From positions 1 to 53,448 of the IMG/VR virus record IMGVR_UViG_3300048591_001682: DNA of 53,448 bases; one strand, written 5' to 3'. The notes beneath the pieces were generated by a model, which saw only the letters and a program-made list of their open reading frames with translations, made no database searches and was not told where the DNA came from. The first letter of the stretch is position 1. Each line of letters opens with the position of its first letter. A program made the translations under genes and the position numbers. Origin of the DNA: a virus (lineage: Duplodnaviria; Caudoviricetes). Below are positions 34,239 to 45,475 of this stretch, in pieces.

Positions 34239-36696
34239 ATGGCGCTCAACAACCTCGGCCTCGGCTTCGTCTTCACCGCGCGTGACCTCGCGTCCGGGGC
34301 CATCCAGAACCTCGAGCGGAACTTCATGAGCCTCGACCGGCGCGTCGGGCTCGGAACGGAGAACATCCAGGGCGCTTTCCAGCAGCTCGGCGTGGGCCTC
34401 GCCGTGTTCACCGCGGGCGCCGCGACGGTGGGCGCCGCGTTCTCGCTCGCGAGCGCGGCCGGGCGCTTCGAGCAGGCGGTCGCCGCGGCAGGCGCCATTG
34501 CAGGCGCGACCGCCATCGAGCTCACCCAGCTCCGCGACGCAGCCATCGGGGCCGGCCTCGCGACCCAGTTCTCGCCGACCGAAGCGACGCGGGCGCTTCA
34601 AGACCTAGCCGCCGCGGGCTTCAACGTTCAGGAGTCCGTCCGGCTCCTATCGCCGGTGCTCGACCTCGCTGCGGGCTCGCTTGGACAGCTCACGCCATCG
34701 CAGGCTGCGGGGCTCGCCTCGCAGGCGATGAAGGCCTTCGGGCTCTCCATCGACCAGGCCTCGAGCTCAGTCGACCGCATGCTCCAGGCGGTCAATGTGT
34801 TCGCGCTCGACGCGAGCGAGCTGCCCCTCGCCCTTGGCACGGCCTCGCGCGGCGCGCAGGCGCTCCATCAGTCGCTCTCCGAGACGCTCATCTCGCTCGG
34901 CCTCGTGAAGAACGTCGTGCCCGGTGTCGAGCGCGCGTCCACCGCCGTCGCGGTCGCGATGGAACGCATGGCCGATCCGCGCGTGCAGCAGAGTCTGCGC
35001 GGCGTTGGCGTGTCCGTCACCGACTCGCGGAACCGCTTCCGCAGCTTCCTCGACATCCTCGGGGATCTCGCACCGAAGCTCGACCGCATGAGCGAGGCAC
35101 AGCGCTCGGCGTTCCTGCTCGCCACCTTCGGGCGCGAGGCGCTCGGCGGCGTGAACGCCATCCTTACAGGTCACGAGCGGCATCCGCACGAACACCGGCG
35201 AGACGCTGCGCGGCGCGGCAGCCATCGCATCCCTTCGTGACCAGTTCGAGAACGCGGGAGGCACGGCCGCGCGCTTCCGCGAGCAGATGCTCAACACGTT
35301 CGAGGGACAGCGGCAGCTGCTCGGAGGTTCGCTGGAGACCCTCGCCATTGTCGCTGGTGAGCCCTTCGCGCAGGTGTTCAAGCCGCTCGTCAGCATCGTC
35401 GTCGAAGTGGTGAACGCGGTGCTCAACGTGTTTCGTCTGCTGCCCGTACCCTTGAAGCGCGCGTTCGCCGCGTTCGTCGTCTTTGCCGGAGCTGTGATCG
35501 CGATGGTGGGCGCGGTGATCGCCGCGAAGGCAGGCATCGCGCTACTCATCATCGGTTTCAAGGCTGCCGGTATCACCCTCGCGGGACTGCTCGTCACGAT
35601 CCTGCCGGCGACTCTGATCTTTGGCGCGCTTGCGCTTGCAGTCGCCGGGTTCGTCGTCGCCTTTCGCAACAACGTCGGCGGCATCGCGGACTTCTTCCAG
35701 CGCGTCGGCGAGCGCATCTCGCTCGCGTTCCGCGGCATAGTGCAGCTGTTCGAGCAGGGCGGCTTCTCTGGCGCCATTCGCGAGGAGCTGAACCGCGCTG
35801 AGAATCGCGGTCTCAAGGACTTCCTCATCCACGTGTACCTGTGGGTCAACCGCATCCGGAACTTCTTCGCAGGTCTCGCCGCGGGCTTTTCCGCAGGCCT
35901 CGAGGCCGCGCGACCGACCATCGCCGCGTTCCTCAATGCCCTCACACATCTCGGCGCCACGCTCGACCTGCTCTTCGAGCGGAACGATGCGTCGACGGCT
36001 TCGTCGCGCTTCCAAGCGTTCGGCGCCACCGGAGAGCGCGTGGGCCGCGTACTCGCCGGCGTGCTCGAGCTCGTCATCAGCAACATCGGTGTGATGGTCG
36101 CCACCCTCTCCGTGGCGGTGTCGATTGTCAGCGCCGCGATCCAGACAGTGATGACCGTCTTCTCAGGCCTCGTCGACGTCATCACCGGCGTCGCCTTCAT
36201 CATCGGCGGCATCCTCAACGGAAGCTGGACCGAGATCTGGACGGGCATGAAGCTCGTCGCGTTCGGAGTCGTCGACGCCATCATTGGCGTGGTACTCGAG
36301 CTCGCTGGGGCCATCGCAGGCGTCATCGAAGCGCTGTCCGGTCTGTTCGGCGAGGGCCATCAGTGGCAGCAGGGCATCCGCGATTTCCGTGAGTCGCTCC
36401 GCACTGACATCGTCGAGGGCTTGGGCGTGCAGGACCTTACTTTCGCGCGCCCCGCACGATCTGGAACGGTGACCCACTCGTCCCCGGGGCCATCTAACGC
36501 GATGTCGTCGATGCCGGCTGTCGCCGCCATGATGCCCGCCGTGCCGGCGTCCTCCACCATGAGGCCAGCCGCGCCGTCCGCATCGCCTCCCATCACCGTC
36601 AACCTCCAGGTCGACGGAGCGACTCTCGCCACCGCGGTCCATCGAGCAGACCGCGACTCGGCCACCCGCTCGTTCTCGCCGGTCCCCACGTACTGA
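34239..36696 (+). pseudogene. Tape measure protein (TP901 family) with frameshift near 35168
   Basis: ATQFSPTEA..LAAAGF core; frame restores to ILTQVTSGIRTNTGETL if 2 nt are added; joins ORFs 34239-35240 and 35287-36696. Confidence 0.85.
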
Positions 36697-36708
36697 CGGA
36701 GGCTCGTC

Positions 36709-37221
36709 GTGTCGCTCAACGCCGCTCTCGCTCGCACACCCAGATGCGTACTCGTCAACGTGACGAGCGGCGAGTCAATCGAGTGCCTCTTCAACCCGAC
36801 GCAGCTTTCCGAGAAGCTCGACGTCAACTGGAACCGCCTCTCAGTGCCCGGGCTCTCGCACCAGGTGCTGCAGTTCCAGAGCACGGCCAGTCGGCAGCTG
36901 TCCGGGGTCGAGTTCTATCTGGACCGCTTCTTCGCGGCCGAGCAGCCGGGCGACGTGGATATCCTCGACTTCCGCTCCTTCCTGCGCGCGCTCACCGTGC
37001 CGCCGACAGGCAGCGAAGGCGTCGTTGCGACAGCGCCGCCGCGCGTGCTGTTCATCTGGCCGGGCGTCGTCACGATCGAGTGCGTCGTGGGCAGCATCGA
37101 GTTTCAGTACAAGCAGATCGCGGTCGATGGCGCCGTGCTGGTCTACGCGGCCAGCGTGACCTTCGAGGAGATCCTCGACACCCGCGTGACAAGCGAGGAG
37201 CTGCGAGCCGAGGTAGGCTGA
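36709..37221 (+). CDS. Tail tube initiator (CIS tube N-terminal-like)
   Basis: [29 protein letters not shown]. Confidence 0.75.
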   Translation: MSLNAALARTPRCVLVNVTSGESIECLFNPTQLSEKLDVNWNRLSVPGLSHQVLQFQSTASRQLSGVEFYLDRFFAAEQPGDVDILDFRSFLRALTVPPTGSEGVVATAPPRVLFIWPGVVTIECVVGSIEFQYKQIAVDGAVLVYAASVTFEEILDTRVTSEELRAEVG

Positions 37222-37227
37222 AGGCTG

Positions 37228-37986
37228 ATGAGCATCAACCCCGTTAGCGAGGCCGGTTTTGGCGGCGACATGTCGGTCTACGAGCGGGGCCGCCCGTCCT
37301 ACCCGGCAGACGCGGTCGCGTGGCTCGTCGACGGACTCGGCATTCGACCGGGCTGCGACGTAGTCGACCTCGGCGCGGGCACCGGCAAGTTCACGCGCCT
37401 GCTCGTGCCCACGGGCGCGCGCCTCTCGGCGGTGGAGCCCTCGGAGGCGATGCGCGAGCAGTTCGCCCGAGCGGTCCCCGGCGTGTCCATCCTCGACGGG
37501 ACCGCGATGGCACTGCCGCTCGCTGATGCTTCCGTCGACGTCGTCACCGTTGCGCAGGCCTTCCACTGGTTCGACGTGGCCGCCGCGACCACCGAGCTCG
37601 CGCGCGTACTTCGCCCAGGCGGTGGCGTAGGCCTCATCTGGAACGAGCGCGACGCGAGCGTGCCGTGGGTCCGCGAGCTGAATGCGATCTTTGGCTGGGA
37701 CAAGCGTGAGCGTCAGGGCGTGCCGTTCACCGTCGAGGTCGACTGGCGTGATGTCTTCGAGCAGCAGGCGCACCCGCGGCTCAAGAAGCTCGAACGGTTC
37801 GTGACCACCTACCGCCAGAAGCTCGACGTCGACACGCTGGTGCTGCGCGTGCTGTCCACGAGCTACCTCGCCTCTGCGTCGAAGGAGGAGCAGGCGCGCG
37901 TCGACACCGCCGTGCGCGCGCTCGTCCGTGAGTTCCCCGCAGAATTCGAGCTGCCCTGCGTGACGATGGCGTACCGGTCGCTGTGA
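37228..37986 (+). CDS. Class I SAM-dependent methyltransferase, accessory
   Basis: [37 protein letters not shown]. Confidence 0.9.
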   Translation: MSINPVSEAGFGGDMSVYERGRPSYPADAVAWLVDGLGIRPGCDVVDLGAGTGKFTRLLVPTGARLSAVEPSEAMREQFARAVPGVSILDGTAMALPLADASVDVVTVAQAFHWFDVAAATTELARVLRPGGGVGLIWNERDASVPWVRELNAIFGWDKRERQGVPFTVEVDWRDVFEQQAHPRLKKLERFVTTYRQKLDVDTLVLRVLSTSYLASASKEEQARVDTAVRALVREFPAEFELPCVTMAYRSL

Positions 37987-37988
37987 CC

Positions 37989-38019
37989 GTCCCCGAAGAA
38001 CCGGGGCGTGCGGCTTTGC
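37989..38019 (+). promoter_or_regulatory. Conserved bipartite motif, copy 6
   Basis: GTCCC-N19-GCTTTGC beginning 3 nt after the methyltransferase stop. Confidence 0.7.
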
Positions 38020-38026
38020 CCTGGGC

Positions 38027-38368
38027 ATGGCCCCTCGCACCGGTTCGCGTCACTCCTTCGCGCTCGGCGTGCCCGATGAGCTGGGGCGCCGCTTTCTCAG
38101 CGCGCGCGAGCCTTACCGTTTCAGAAAGCACACCGACACCCGCGTCCACCTCGTCGCGCAGGGCGACACGCTCTTCGACCTGGCGGGGCGTTACTTCGCG
38201 CCGCTCCCGCGAGCGTGCGGCTTCTGGTGGGCGCTGGCTGACTTTCAGCCCGATCCGATCGTCGACCCGACGCTTGAGCTCGAGGTCGGGCGGCGGCTCT
38301 TCGTGCCAAGCCTCCGCGTCCTCACCGACGTCATCCTCGGCGAGCAGCGCAGGAGACTTACCTTCTAG
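38027..38368 (+). CDS. LysM/gpX-like baseplate protein
   Basis: HLVAQGDTLFDLAGRYF..WWALADF..GRRLFVP. Confidence 0.8.
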   Translation: MAPRTGSRHSFALGVPDELGRRFLSAREPYRFRKHTDTRVHLVAQGDTLFDLAGRYFAPLPRACGFWWALADFQPDPIVDPTLELEVGRRLFVPSLRVLTDVILGEQRRRLTF

Positions 38369-38371
38369 GCA

Positions 38372-38773
38372 TCACGATGAAAGTCGCGCCAAGAGCTCGC
38401 GCACGTCGATGTGCCAGTCCGTCTCCTCGCCGTTCTCGTCCCAGAGCTCGCGTAGCTCCGACCGCTCGTAGACCCTTTCCACAGCCTGCCGGGCTCGCGC
38501 CGCTCCGATCTCGCGGACGGCATCACGATTCTCGTTGAGCCACTCCGCGGCCTCCTCCCGCAAGCGGTCGTCCCCCTTGCCGAGCGCTGCGGCTACCAGC
38601 TCCGCGGCCGCCAAGGCGGCGGACGCTTCGTCGACCTCCAGGTAGGCGTCCTCGGCTGATCCTGCAGCCACATCGAGCGCCTCGCCCACGAGGGAAGGAT
38701 CTCCTTCCGCGAGGTCACCCAGCCAGTCGAGCGCCGAATCGTTTTCGAAGGTTCTGTGTCCCCATGCACCCAT
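38372..38773 (-). CDS. DUF4259 family protein, accessory
   Basis: MGAWGHRTFENDSALDW...SELRELW. Confidence 0.85.
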   Translation of the reverse strand: MGAWGHRTFENDSALDWLGDLAEGDPSLVGEALDVAAGSAEDAYLEVDEASAALAAAELVAAALGKGDDRLREEAAEWLNENRDAVREIGAARARQAVERVYERSELRELWDENGEETDWHIDVRELLARLSS

Positions 38774-38803
38774 GGCGCGTTCCTAGCGCAAGTTGGGTCG
38801 ACG

Positions 38804-38833
38804 GTCCCTGCGGCGAGGGGTGAGCCGCTTTGC
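38804..38833 (+). promoter_or_regulatory. Conserved bipartite motif, copy 7
   Basis: GTCCC-N18-GCTTTGC. Confidence 0.7.
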
Positions 38834-38840
38834 TTCGGCG

Positions 38841-40118
38841 ATGAGCACCATCGACCGGAGCGCCCCCGGCGTACGCATCACCACCCTGTCCAGCGAACGC
38901 GCGCCCAGCGGCGAGCCACTGAACCTCGAGGGGCGCATCATCAGCTTCACCTACGAGGACGTTGAGCGACGTGCGGACCAGGTGGCAATCCAGCTCGACA
39001 ACTACAACCTCGACCTGTTTGAACGCGGCGAGCTCGTCGGCGGTGCGACGCTCGAAGTTTCCTGGGGTTATCCCGGCAACATGGCGCCTCCACGGCGAGT
39101 GGTGGTGAAGAAGCTCAAAGGCTTCCAGACACTGACCATCGAGGGGCAATCCACGAGCGTGCTCATGAACCGGGAGGCGAAGACACGCTCGTGGTCGAAC
39201 AAGTCGCGCAGCGATGTCGTGAAGGAGGTCGCCGCCGAGTACGGCTACGAGGGCGCGTTTCTCCACGTCGAGGACTCGGGCGAGGTGCTCGACACCATCA
39301 ACCAGAGCGCGGAGACCGACGCGCGCTTCCTCCGGCGCCTCGCTGCGCGCGAGGAGTTCGAGTACTTCGTCGACGATGCCGGACTGCACTGGCGCTCGCG
39401 CGATCAGGCGAGCGCACCGACGCACGTGCTGACTTGGTTCTCGGACCCCGGGCGTGGCGACATCATCTCGCTCAACGTCGAGTCCGACCTCGCGCGCCGA
39501 ACCGGGCGGGTGGAGGTGCGCGGGCGCGACCCGCTGGCCAAGAGCACCATCGAGGCGCGTGCGAGTAGCGCCACGGTCGAGCGTGCGACGCTGAGCGACG
39601 TGCTCGAGGTCGTCGATCCGCAGACGGGCGAATCGTCGCTGCAGGAACGCAACGCAACGACCAGCGTGCACCCGACTTCGGCGCCCACTCCTCGAGCAGC
39701 AGAGCGCGAGTCGGCGGCTCGCTACCGACGCGCTGAGCGCGAGACGGTGAAGCTGACAATGCAGGTCGTGGGCGACCCGACGCTGCGCGCGAAGCAGGTC
39801 GTCGAGGTGCGAGACATCTCGACGCTGCTCTCCGGCAAGTACTACGTGACGGAAGCGAGGCACGTCATCGCGTCCTCGGGCTACGTCGTCGATCTGAAGC
39901 TCACGCGTGATGGGACCGGTCGCAGGATTCGCGCTGAAGCCGCAGCGCAGGGCCAGCTTCAGGGGGGCGAGCCGAACCGCGCGGCACCGGCTGCTGGAGG
40001 CGCAATGACCGAGGTCGAAGTGTTCGACCCTGCATCGGGTGACGCGCATGTCGAGTATCGACGCGACGGGCGGCAGATCGGCTCCGAGGATCCCGAGACC
40101 GGCACACGACGCCGATGA
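38841..40118 (+). CDS. Baseplate hub (late control D / gp27-like)
   Basis: VSWGYPG, QSAETDARFLRRLA, GDPTLRA, LSGKYYVTEARH. Confidence 0.88.
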   Translation: MSTIDRSAPGVRITTLSSERAPSGEPLNLEGRIISFTYEDVERRADQVAIQLDNYNLDLFERGELVGGATLEVSWGYPGNMAPPRRVVVKKLKGFQTLTIEGQSTSVLMNREAKTRSWSNKSRSDVVKEVAAEYGYEGAFLHVEDSGEVLDTINQSAETDARFLRRLAAREEFEYFVDDAGLHWRSRDQASAPTHVLTWFSDPGRGDIISLNVESDLARRTGRVEVRGRDPLAKSTIEARASSATVERATLSDVLEVVDPQTGESSLQERNATTSVHPTSAPTPRAAERESAARYRRAERETVKLTMQVVGDPTLRAKQVVEVRDISTLLSGKYYVTEARHVIASSGYVVDLKLTRDGTGRRIRAEAAAQGQLQGGEPNRAAPAAGGAMTEVEVFDPASGDAHVEYRRDGRQIGSEDPETGTRRR

Positions 40119-40139
40119 GCCGAGTGACAGGAGCGACGC

Positions 40140-40718
40140 ATGAGCACCTTCGACGACGACATCCATACGCACGACTCCCGGCTGCTCGGGATGTACGTCG
40201 GCTACGTCACGGAGCGCGACGACGAGGAGCAGCTCGGGCGGGTGCGCGTCTGCATTCCCGTCGTCCTCGAGCCAGAGAGCGCTTGGGCCTGGCCGCTCGG
40301 GACCAGCGGTGGCGGCTCGAAGGACCGCGGCTTCTTCGCGGTGCCCGAGGAAGGCGCCGAAGTCGCAGTCTTCTTCAACCAAGGTAACATCGACGCGCCT
40401 TACTATCTAGCCGCGCACTGGGGGAAGCCGAACGGCGAGAGCGAGGTCCCCGAAGAGGCGCGAAAAACTCCGCCTGACAACCGCGTCTTCGCCACGAAGA
40501 CGTTTCGCATCGAGCTCGACGAGTCGAAGGACAGCCGGAAGCTCAAGCTCACCAACAAGAAGACCGGCGACCACCTCGTCTTCGATGCGGAGGAGAACTC
40601 CGTGACGCTCGAGGCGACGACGGCGCTCACGCTGCGCGCAGTCGGCGCCATCTCGCTCGAGGCCACGCAAGTCACCATCGCCGGGCGGGTAGTTCGCCCC
40701 ATCGCAGACCCCATCTGA
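40140..40718 (+). CDS. Baseplate spike protein V (gp5 OB-fold)
   Basis: [39 protein letters not shown]. Confidence 0.88.
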   Translation: MSTFDDDIHTHDSRLLGMYVGYVTERDDEEQLGRVRVCIPVVLEPESAWAWPLGTSGGGSKDRGFFAVPEEGAEVAVFFNQGNIDAPYYLAAHWGKPNGESEVPEEARKTPPDNRVFATKTFRIELDESKDSRKLKLTNKKTGDHLVFDAEENSVTLEATTALTLRAVGAISLEATQVTIAGRVVRPIADPI

Positions 40719-40737
40719 GTGGGATGCCCGAAAGGAG

Positions 40738-41418
40738 ATGACGATGGCGCTGCCTATCTGCCTCGAGATTCCGGAGCTCCCTGACCCGCTGACCATCACG
40801 CTGCCGGGCGGTGTGAGCATGCAGCAGATCAACCTGATGGAGGCGATTCAGCCCGCGCTCACGCCGCTGGTTCCGCTGTTCGAGGTCATCGACACTGTGG
40901 TTGCGGTCTTCAACTGCGTGAAAGCCATCCCGGACTCGCTCGGCCCGCCGCCAGATCCGACGGCGCTCGCGGCGTGCATCCCTGAGCTCGCGGAGAAGGT
41001 GTCGAAGCTTCTGCGGCTCATCCCGCAGCTCTCGCTGCCGTACACCATCATCGGGATCATCGACCTCGTCATCGACACGCTCCGGCAGGCGCGCAGCCAG
41101 CTCGTGCACCTCCAGCAGCAGATGCAGCAAATTCTCGGCGCCATCGACCGCGCGACGGAGCTTGAGGACGCGGGGCTGATGGCCATCACGAGCTGCGCGC
41201 ACGCGAACGTGGCGCAGGAGGCCGCGAACGTGGGCAAGTCGCTCGCCAGCCTCGGCAAGCTGATCGGCCTCCTCAACCTGTTCCTCGGCATGATCGGTGC
41301 GCCCGAGGTGGCCGACCTCTCGAACCTCGCGGGCCGTCCGCTCGACGACGTCCTGCCTCCGATCGACGCCATCATCGAGGCACTGCGGAATGTGCGCAGC
41401 GCTGTCCCGGTGCCGTGA
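40738..41418 (+). CDS. Hypothetical phage protein
   Basis: AAGGAG RBS; within baseplate cluster. Confidence 0.7.
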   Translation: MTMALPICLEIPELPDPLTITLPGGVSMQQINLMEAIQPALTPLVPLFEVIDTVVAVFNCVKAIPDSLGPPPDPTALAACIPELAEKVSKLLRLIPQLSLPYTIIGIIDLVIDTLRQARSQLVHLQQQMQQILGAIDRATELEDAGLMAITSCAHANVAQEAANVGKSLASLGKLIGLLNLFLGMIGAPEVADLSNLAGRPLDDVLPPIDAIIEALRNVRSAVPVP

Positions 41419-41428
41419 GGAGTACAGC

Positions 41429-41809
41429 ATGAGCCGAGAAGCACAGAACCTCCTCATCCCTTTCCGCCGCGACAAGAAGCGCGACTTCGCCGTGGGCAGC
41501 GGCGAGGCGCTCCTGGCGTCCAAGGTGCGGCAGGCGCTGCTCACCGAAGGCGCCACGGCGCGCTCGTCGGGGGACCTGCCCTGGCGCACCAACTTCGGCG
41601 CGGGTCTGGCGCTGTTGCGCCACCAGCGCAACGACGCGGCGCTCAAGGAGCTGGCTCGTGTCTACGTGCGCGACGCGCTGAAGCGCTGGGTGCCGGGCGT
41701 TCAGCTCGTGGCGCTCGTTGTCGAGCAAGATGGGCCGGCGCTCACGTTGCGGGTGCGGGTACGTGCGCGCGAGGCCACGGCCAGCGTCGTGGTGTCGATC
41801 GAGCGCTGA
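41429..41809 (+). CDS. Baseplate wedge gpW/gp25
   Basis: GDLPWRTNFGAGL, VRDALKRWVP. Confidence 0.85.
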   Translation: MSREAQNLLIPFRRDKKRDFAVGSGEALLASKVRQALLTEGATARSSGDLPWRTNFGAGLALLRHQRNDAALKELARVYVRDALKRWVPGVQLVALVVEQDGPALTLRVRVRAREATASVVVSIER

Positions 41810-41879
41810 TGCCCGGCTAGCGCGCGTTCCGTGGTACCGTCGCAACCTACTGGACCGCGAGCATTCCCAGGAGTGAGTG

Positions 41880-42224
41880 ATGTCGGATCGCAAGGAACTG
41901 GGGTTCGACCTCACCACAGCAGGCGGCCTAAAGAAGGCGGCGGACTTTCTCGAGACGCCCTTGGGCAGCACTATGTTTCCCGTGCTTTGGATCGCGAAGA
42001 GGCTCGTGGACTACGCCAAAACCAAGTCCGACGTGAGTCCAGAAAAGCAGGCCGAAGCCGCGGAGAAGATTATCGAAGCTGCTCGGCGCAGCGGAGCCCG
42101 GCGCGTGAAGTTCAAGGTCGACAAGTCGGTCGGCGCAAAGCTCAAGGGGAACGTGAAGGGAGATGCGACCGTCGAAGGAAGCCTTGGCGTCGACGGTAAG
42201 ATGGAACTCGAAGTCGAGTTTTAA
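41880..42224 (+). CDS. Hypothetical protein, accessory
   Basis: AGGAG RBS; Lys-rich, lower GC than neighbours. Confidence 0.65.
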   Translation: MSDRKELGFDLTTAGGLKKAADFLETPLGSTMFPVLWIAKRLVDYAKTKSDVSPEKQAEAAEKIIEAARRSGARRVKFKVDKSVGAKLKGNVKGDATVEGSLGVDGKMELEVEF

Positions 42225-42245
42225 GTCTAGGACGCACTCAGCACA

Positions 42246-42276
42246 GTCCCCCGAAGCCCCGTCGCCCGGGCTTTGC
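42246..42276 (+). promoter_or_regulatory. Conserved bipartite motif, copy 8
   Basis: GTCCC-N19-GCTTTGC then GGAGG. Confidence 0.7.
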
Positions 42277-42296
42277 CTCCCCGGAGGCATCCCGCT

Positions 42297-43817
42297 GTGG
42301 CCACGCTGCCGGAGTCCGTCGACTACACCGACAAGGATTTCGACGCCCTTCGGGCGCGCCTCATCGCGCTTATCAAGAGTGTCTTTCCAGACTGGACCGA
42401 CTTTGACGTTGCGAGCTTCGGCAACCTGCTCATCGAGCTCTACGCCTTCATCGGCGACGTCCTGACCTTCTACCAAGACAACCTTGCCCGCGAGTCGCGC
42501 CTTGTGACGGCCATGCAGCGCAAGAGCGTGATGGCCCTCGCCAAGATGCTCGGCTACCGCCTGCAGGGCGCGCAGGCGGCGACCGCCGAGGTGTGGCTCT
42601 CGCTCGCTCGCGTCCCCGTCGCCAGCGTCACGATCCCCGTGGGCACCGTCCTGCGCACGCAGGAGGTCACCGAGCCGGTGCGCTTCCAGCTGGTCGCGCC
42701 GGCCGTCGTTCAGGCCGCCGCGGACCCGCCGCGCGTCCTGGCGGTGGTCGAGAACTCGAAGACGCACACGCAGCTCTTCGACGCGCGGGGGCTCGCGGAC
42801 CTCGAGCTTCACCTCGACTACACGCCCTACCTCGACGGCTCGGCGAAAGTGACGACGCCGCAGGGGGCCTTCGTCGAGGTCGACAGCTTCCTCGATTCGC
42901 GCCCCAACGAGCGCCACTTCGTCGCTGCCGTCGACCAGAACGACCGCGCCACGCTGCGCTTCGGCAACGGTGTGAGCGGCATGCCACCGAGCGGCACCGT
43001 CTCGGTGACCTACAAGACCGGCGGTGGGAGTGCCGGCAACGTCGACGCCGAGCGCATCGCGGTAATCGAGGGCGCCTTCAAGGACGCCTACGGCAACGCG
43101 GTGCAGATCTCCGTGAGGAACCCCGCGCCCGCGTCCGGCGGTGCGGACCGGCAGACCGTGGCCTCGGCGAAGCTGCTGGCGCCCGAGAGCCTGCGCGCGC
43201 TCACGAGGACCGTCGCTCGCGAGGACTTCGAGATCAACGCGCGGCGCCTCTCCGGCGTCGCCCGCGCGCTGATGCTCACATCCAACGAAGATCCAACCAT
43301 CGCCGAGAATGCCGGCATTCTCTACGTCATCCCGCAGAGCCGGACGCCCGGGATGCTGCCAACGCCCGCGCTGAAGAACCTCGTGCTGAGGCAGGTCACC
43401 GAGGTCTACCCATGCACTCTTACCTTTCAGGTCAGCGTGCAGGACCCGGTCTACAAGACCATCGACGTCGCGGCGCGCATCTTCCTGAAGCAAGGCTTCG
43501 CCGGCGGCGACGTGCGCGACCGCGTGCGTGCGAACCTCGCCGCCTACTTTCGGGTGAGCGAGCCGGACGGAACCCCGAACCCGCTCGTAGACTTCGGCTT
43601 CAACATCAAGGACGCCGAGGGCAATGCCGTTGGCGAGATCGCCTGGAGCGACCTCTTCAACGTCATCCGCGACACGCCTGGCGTGCGGAAGATGGGCGAT
43701 GCGCGCCTCGACCTGACGCTCAACGGGCTGCCCGCAGACGTGCGCCTCAACGTGCGCGAGTTCCCGGTCCTGCGGAACGTCACGATCGTGAACGGCGACA
43801 CGGGAGCGGTGCTCTGA
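42297..43817 (+). CDS. Baseplate J/gp47-like wedge protein
   Basis: [46 protein letters not shown]. Confidence 0.92.
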   Translation: MATLPESVDYTDKDFDALRARLIALIKSVFPDWTDFDVASFGNLLIELYAFIGDVLTFYQDNLARESRLVTAMQRKSVMALAKMLGYRLQGAQAATAEVWLSLARVPVASVTIPVGTVLRTQEVTEPVRFQLVAPAVVQAAADPPRVLAVVENSKTHTQLFDARGLADLELHLDYTPYLDGSAKVTTPQGAFVEVDSFLDSRPNERHFVAAVDQNDRATLRFGNGVSGMPPSGTVSVTYKTGGGSAGNVDAERIAVIEGAFKDAYGNAVQISVRNPAPASGGADRQTVASAKLLAPESLRALTRTVAREDFEINARRLSGVARALMLTSNEDPTIAENAGILYVIPQSRTPGMLPTPALKNLVLRQVTEVYPCTLTFQVSVQDPVYKTIDVAARIFLKQGFAGGDVRDRVRANLAAYFRVSEPDGTPNPLVDFGFNIKDAEGNAVGEIAWSDLFNVIRDTPGVRKMGDARLDLTLNGLPADVRLNVREFPVLRNVTIVNGDTGAVL

Positions 43818-44365
43818 TGGCGCTTCAGAACGCGAGCTTCGAGTATGCGGGCACGCTCCGAGGAGAGGCCGAGTACTGGACGCTCACCGCAGTAACGAGC
43901 CTTGAGGTACTCGCCGGCTTTGGCACCGCGCCGGAAGACGCGTGGGAGGACTTCGAGCGTTGGCACACGCTCTGCGATGCGTTCGATGACGTGACTGTGG
44001 TGCTCGCGTTCTTCGACAACGCGCTCAAGGGCTACGAGGCGTTCGAGAGCGGCTGGGCAAACGTCGTCTACCTCTACGAGCTGCCGCCCGCGCAGCTCGT
44101 CACGTGCGCGTTCGCGGGCGGGGCTGTCGAGGACTGCGAGAGCGGCTGGAGCAACGTGCCGTACCTCCGCGATTGGGCGTTCATCACTACGGCGACGGGC
44201 GTCTTCGATGGCGATCCGCGCGAGGATTTCGAGGACCAGTGGCGCGAGAACCAGTCGTACGCGTGGACGTGGGGTGCGGTCACAGCGAGTGCCGCACTCT
44301 TCGACGTCGGCATGCAGGCCGTCGAGGACTTCAATGACCGATGGTCGATCATGACCACCCTGTGA
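43817..44365 (+). CDS. Hypothetical tail-associated protein
   Basis: TGATG coupling; repeated EDFE..W units. Confidence 0.65.
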   Translation: MALQNASFEYAGTLRGEAEYWTLTAVTSLEVLAGFGTAPEDAWEDFERWHTLCDAFDDVTVVLAFFDNALKGYEAFESGWANVVYLYELPPAQLVTCAFAGGAVEDCESGWSNVPYLRDWAFITTATGVFDGDPREDFEDQWRENQSYAWTWGAVTASAALFDVGMQAVEDFNDRWSIMTTL

Positions 44366-44375
44366 GGAGCGACCG

Positions 44376-45071
44376 ATGGCCGAAGCAGACTGGACCTACT
44401 TGAACGACGGGCTCGACATCGCGACCGTCGACCGCGGCGTGACGGCCGGCATCGCGCGCCCGCCAGGCGGCGGGAGCTTCCTCTACGCGTTCAACTCGCT
44501 CGCCGCCGTGAACGGTGCGGTGGCCCTGTTCGCGAACCTCGCGAGCTTCGCGCCCATGGCGAAGGGCGGCTCGATCCGTGGCGTCGTGCAGCGTGGTCCG
44601 GGTGGCGGCCCCACCGGCTTCTCGCCGTTCCTGTTCCTTTGCTGCCAAGGCAACTCGGTCAACGACAGCGCGTACCTGCTCGGCCTCTCCGACGACGACC
44701 CGCACCGCATCGTACTCCGCAAGGGCGCGGTGACCGTGGGCCTCCCGTCGGCAGACGCGCCCGGAGTGCTGCTCAAGTCCGCGGCGTCGTTCGCGCAGGC
44801 GACATGGCTGCACCTCCGCCTCGACGTCATCGTGAACACCAACGGCGACGTCGTGCTCAAGGTCTTTCAGAGCGACCTCGCGCTTCATCCGCTCAGCACG
44901 CCGCCCGACTGGCAGCCCGTCTCCGGGATGGTCGAGTTCATCGACGATCACCTCGGCATCAACTCCGGCAGCCAGCCGCTCACCTCAGGGCGCGGCGGAT
45001 TCGGCTTCTCCGTGAAGGACGTCACGCGGCGGGCGTACTTCGATCACCTCGAGTTGTTCCGCCAAGTGTGA
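44376..45071 (+). CDS. Hypothetical tail-associated protein
   Basis: GAGGAG RBS; beta-rich sequence. Confidence 0.7.
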   Translation: MAEADWTYLNDGLDIATVDRGVTAGIARPPGGGSFLYAFNSLAAVNGAVALFANLASFAPMAKGGSIRGVVQRGPGGGPTGFSPFLFLCCQGNSVNDSAYLLGLSDDDPHRIVLRKGAVTVGLPSADAPGVLLKSAASFAQATWLHLRLDVIVNTNGDVVLKVFQSDLALHPLSTPPDWQPVSGMVEFIDDHLGINSGSQPLTSGRGGFGFSVKDVTRRAYFDHLELFRQV

Positions 45072-45075
45072 TCCA

Positions 45076-45465
45076 ATGGCGCTGACCGCATTCACGAGCA
45101 GCGTCGGGCGCGGACAGGGGCGCCTGCCGACGCCGAACGCCATGGATGGCGAATACGCATTCGTACTTGGCGACGCGGAGCCGGGGTGCTTCTTCGAGCT
45201 GGCGCTGGGCGACCACGCCGACGTCACCCAGAGCACCGACCTCACGGGCGTCATGCTGGTGCGCGCGCTCCTGCGTCTCTCGGTGCCGGCGAGCACTCCG
45301 GCCGGGCTCACGTGGGAGGCGAGCATCACGGTCGACGGCGCCAAGCTCGCGAGGATGCGCGCCAGGTCCGGGCGGGAGAGGCTCGTTACCGATCTCGCCG
45401 CCAACGTCTCGAAGCTCTCTGGCGTGCACACGGTCGGTGTGCGGCTCGAGCTGGTGGGCGCATGA
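45076..45465 (+). CDS. Hypothetical tail-associated protein
   Basis: Tight operon packing. Confidence 0.6.
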   Translation: MALTAFTSSVGRGQGRLPTPNAMDGEYAFVLGDAEPGCFFELALGDHADVTQSTDLTGVMLVRALLRLSVPASTPAGLTWEASITVDGAKLARMRARSGRERLVTDLAANVSKLSGVHTVGVRLELVGA

Positions 45466-45475
45466 GGAGCGCGCC

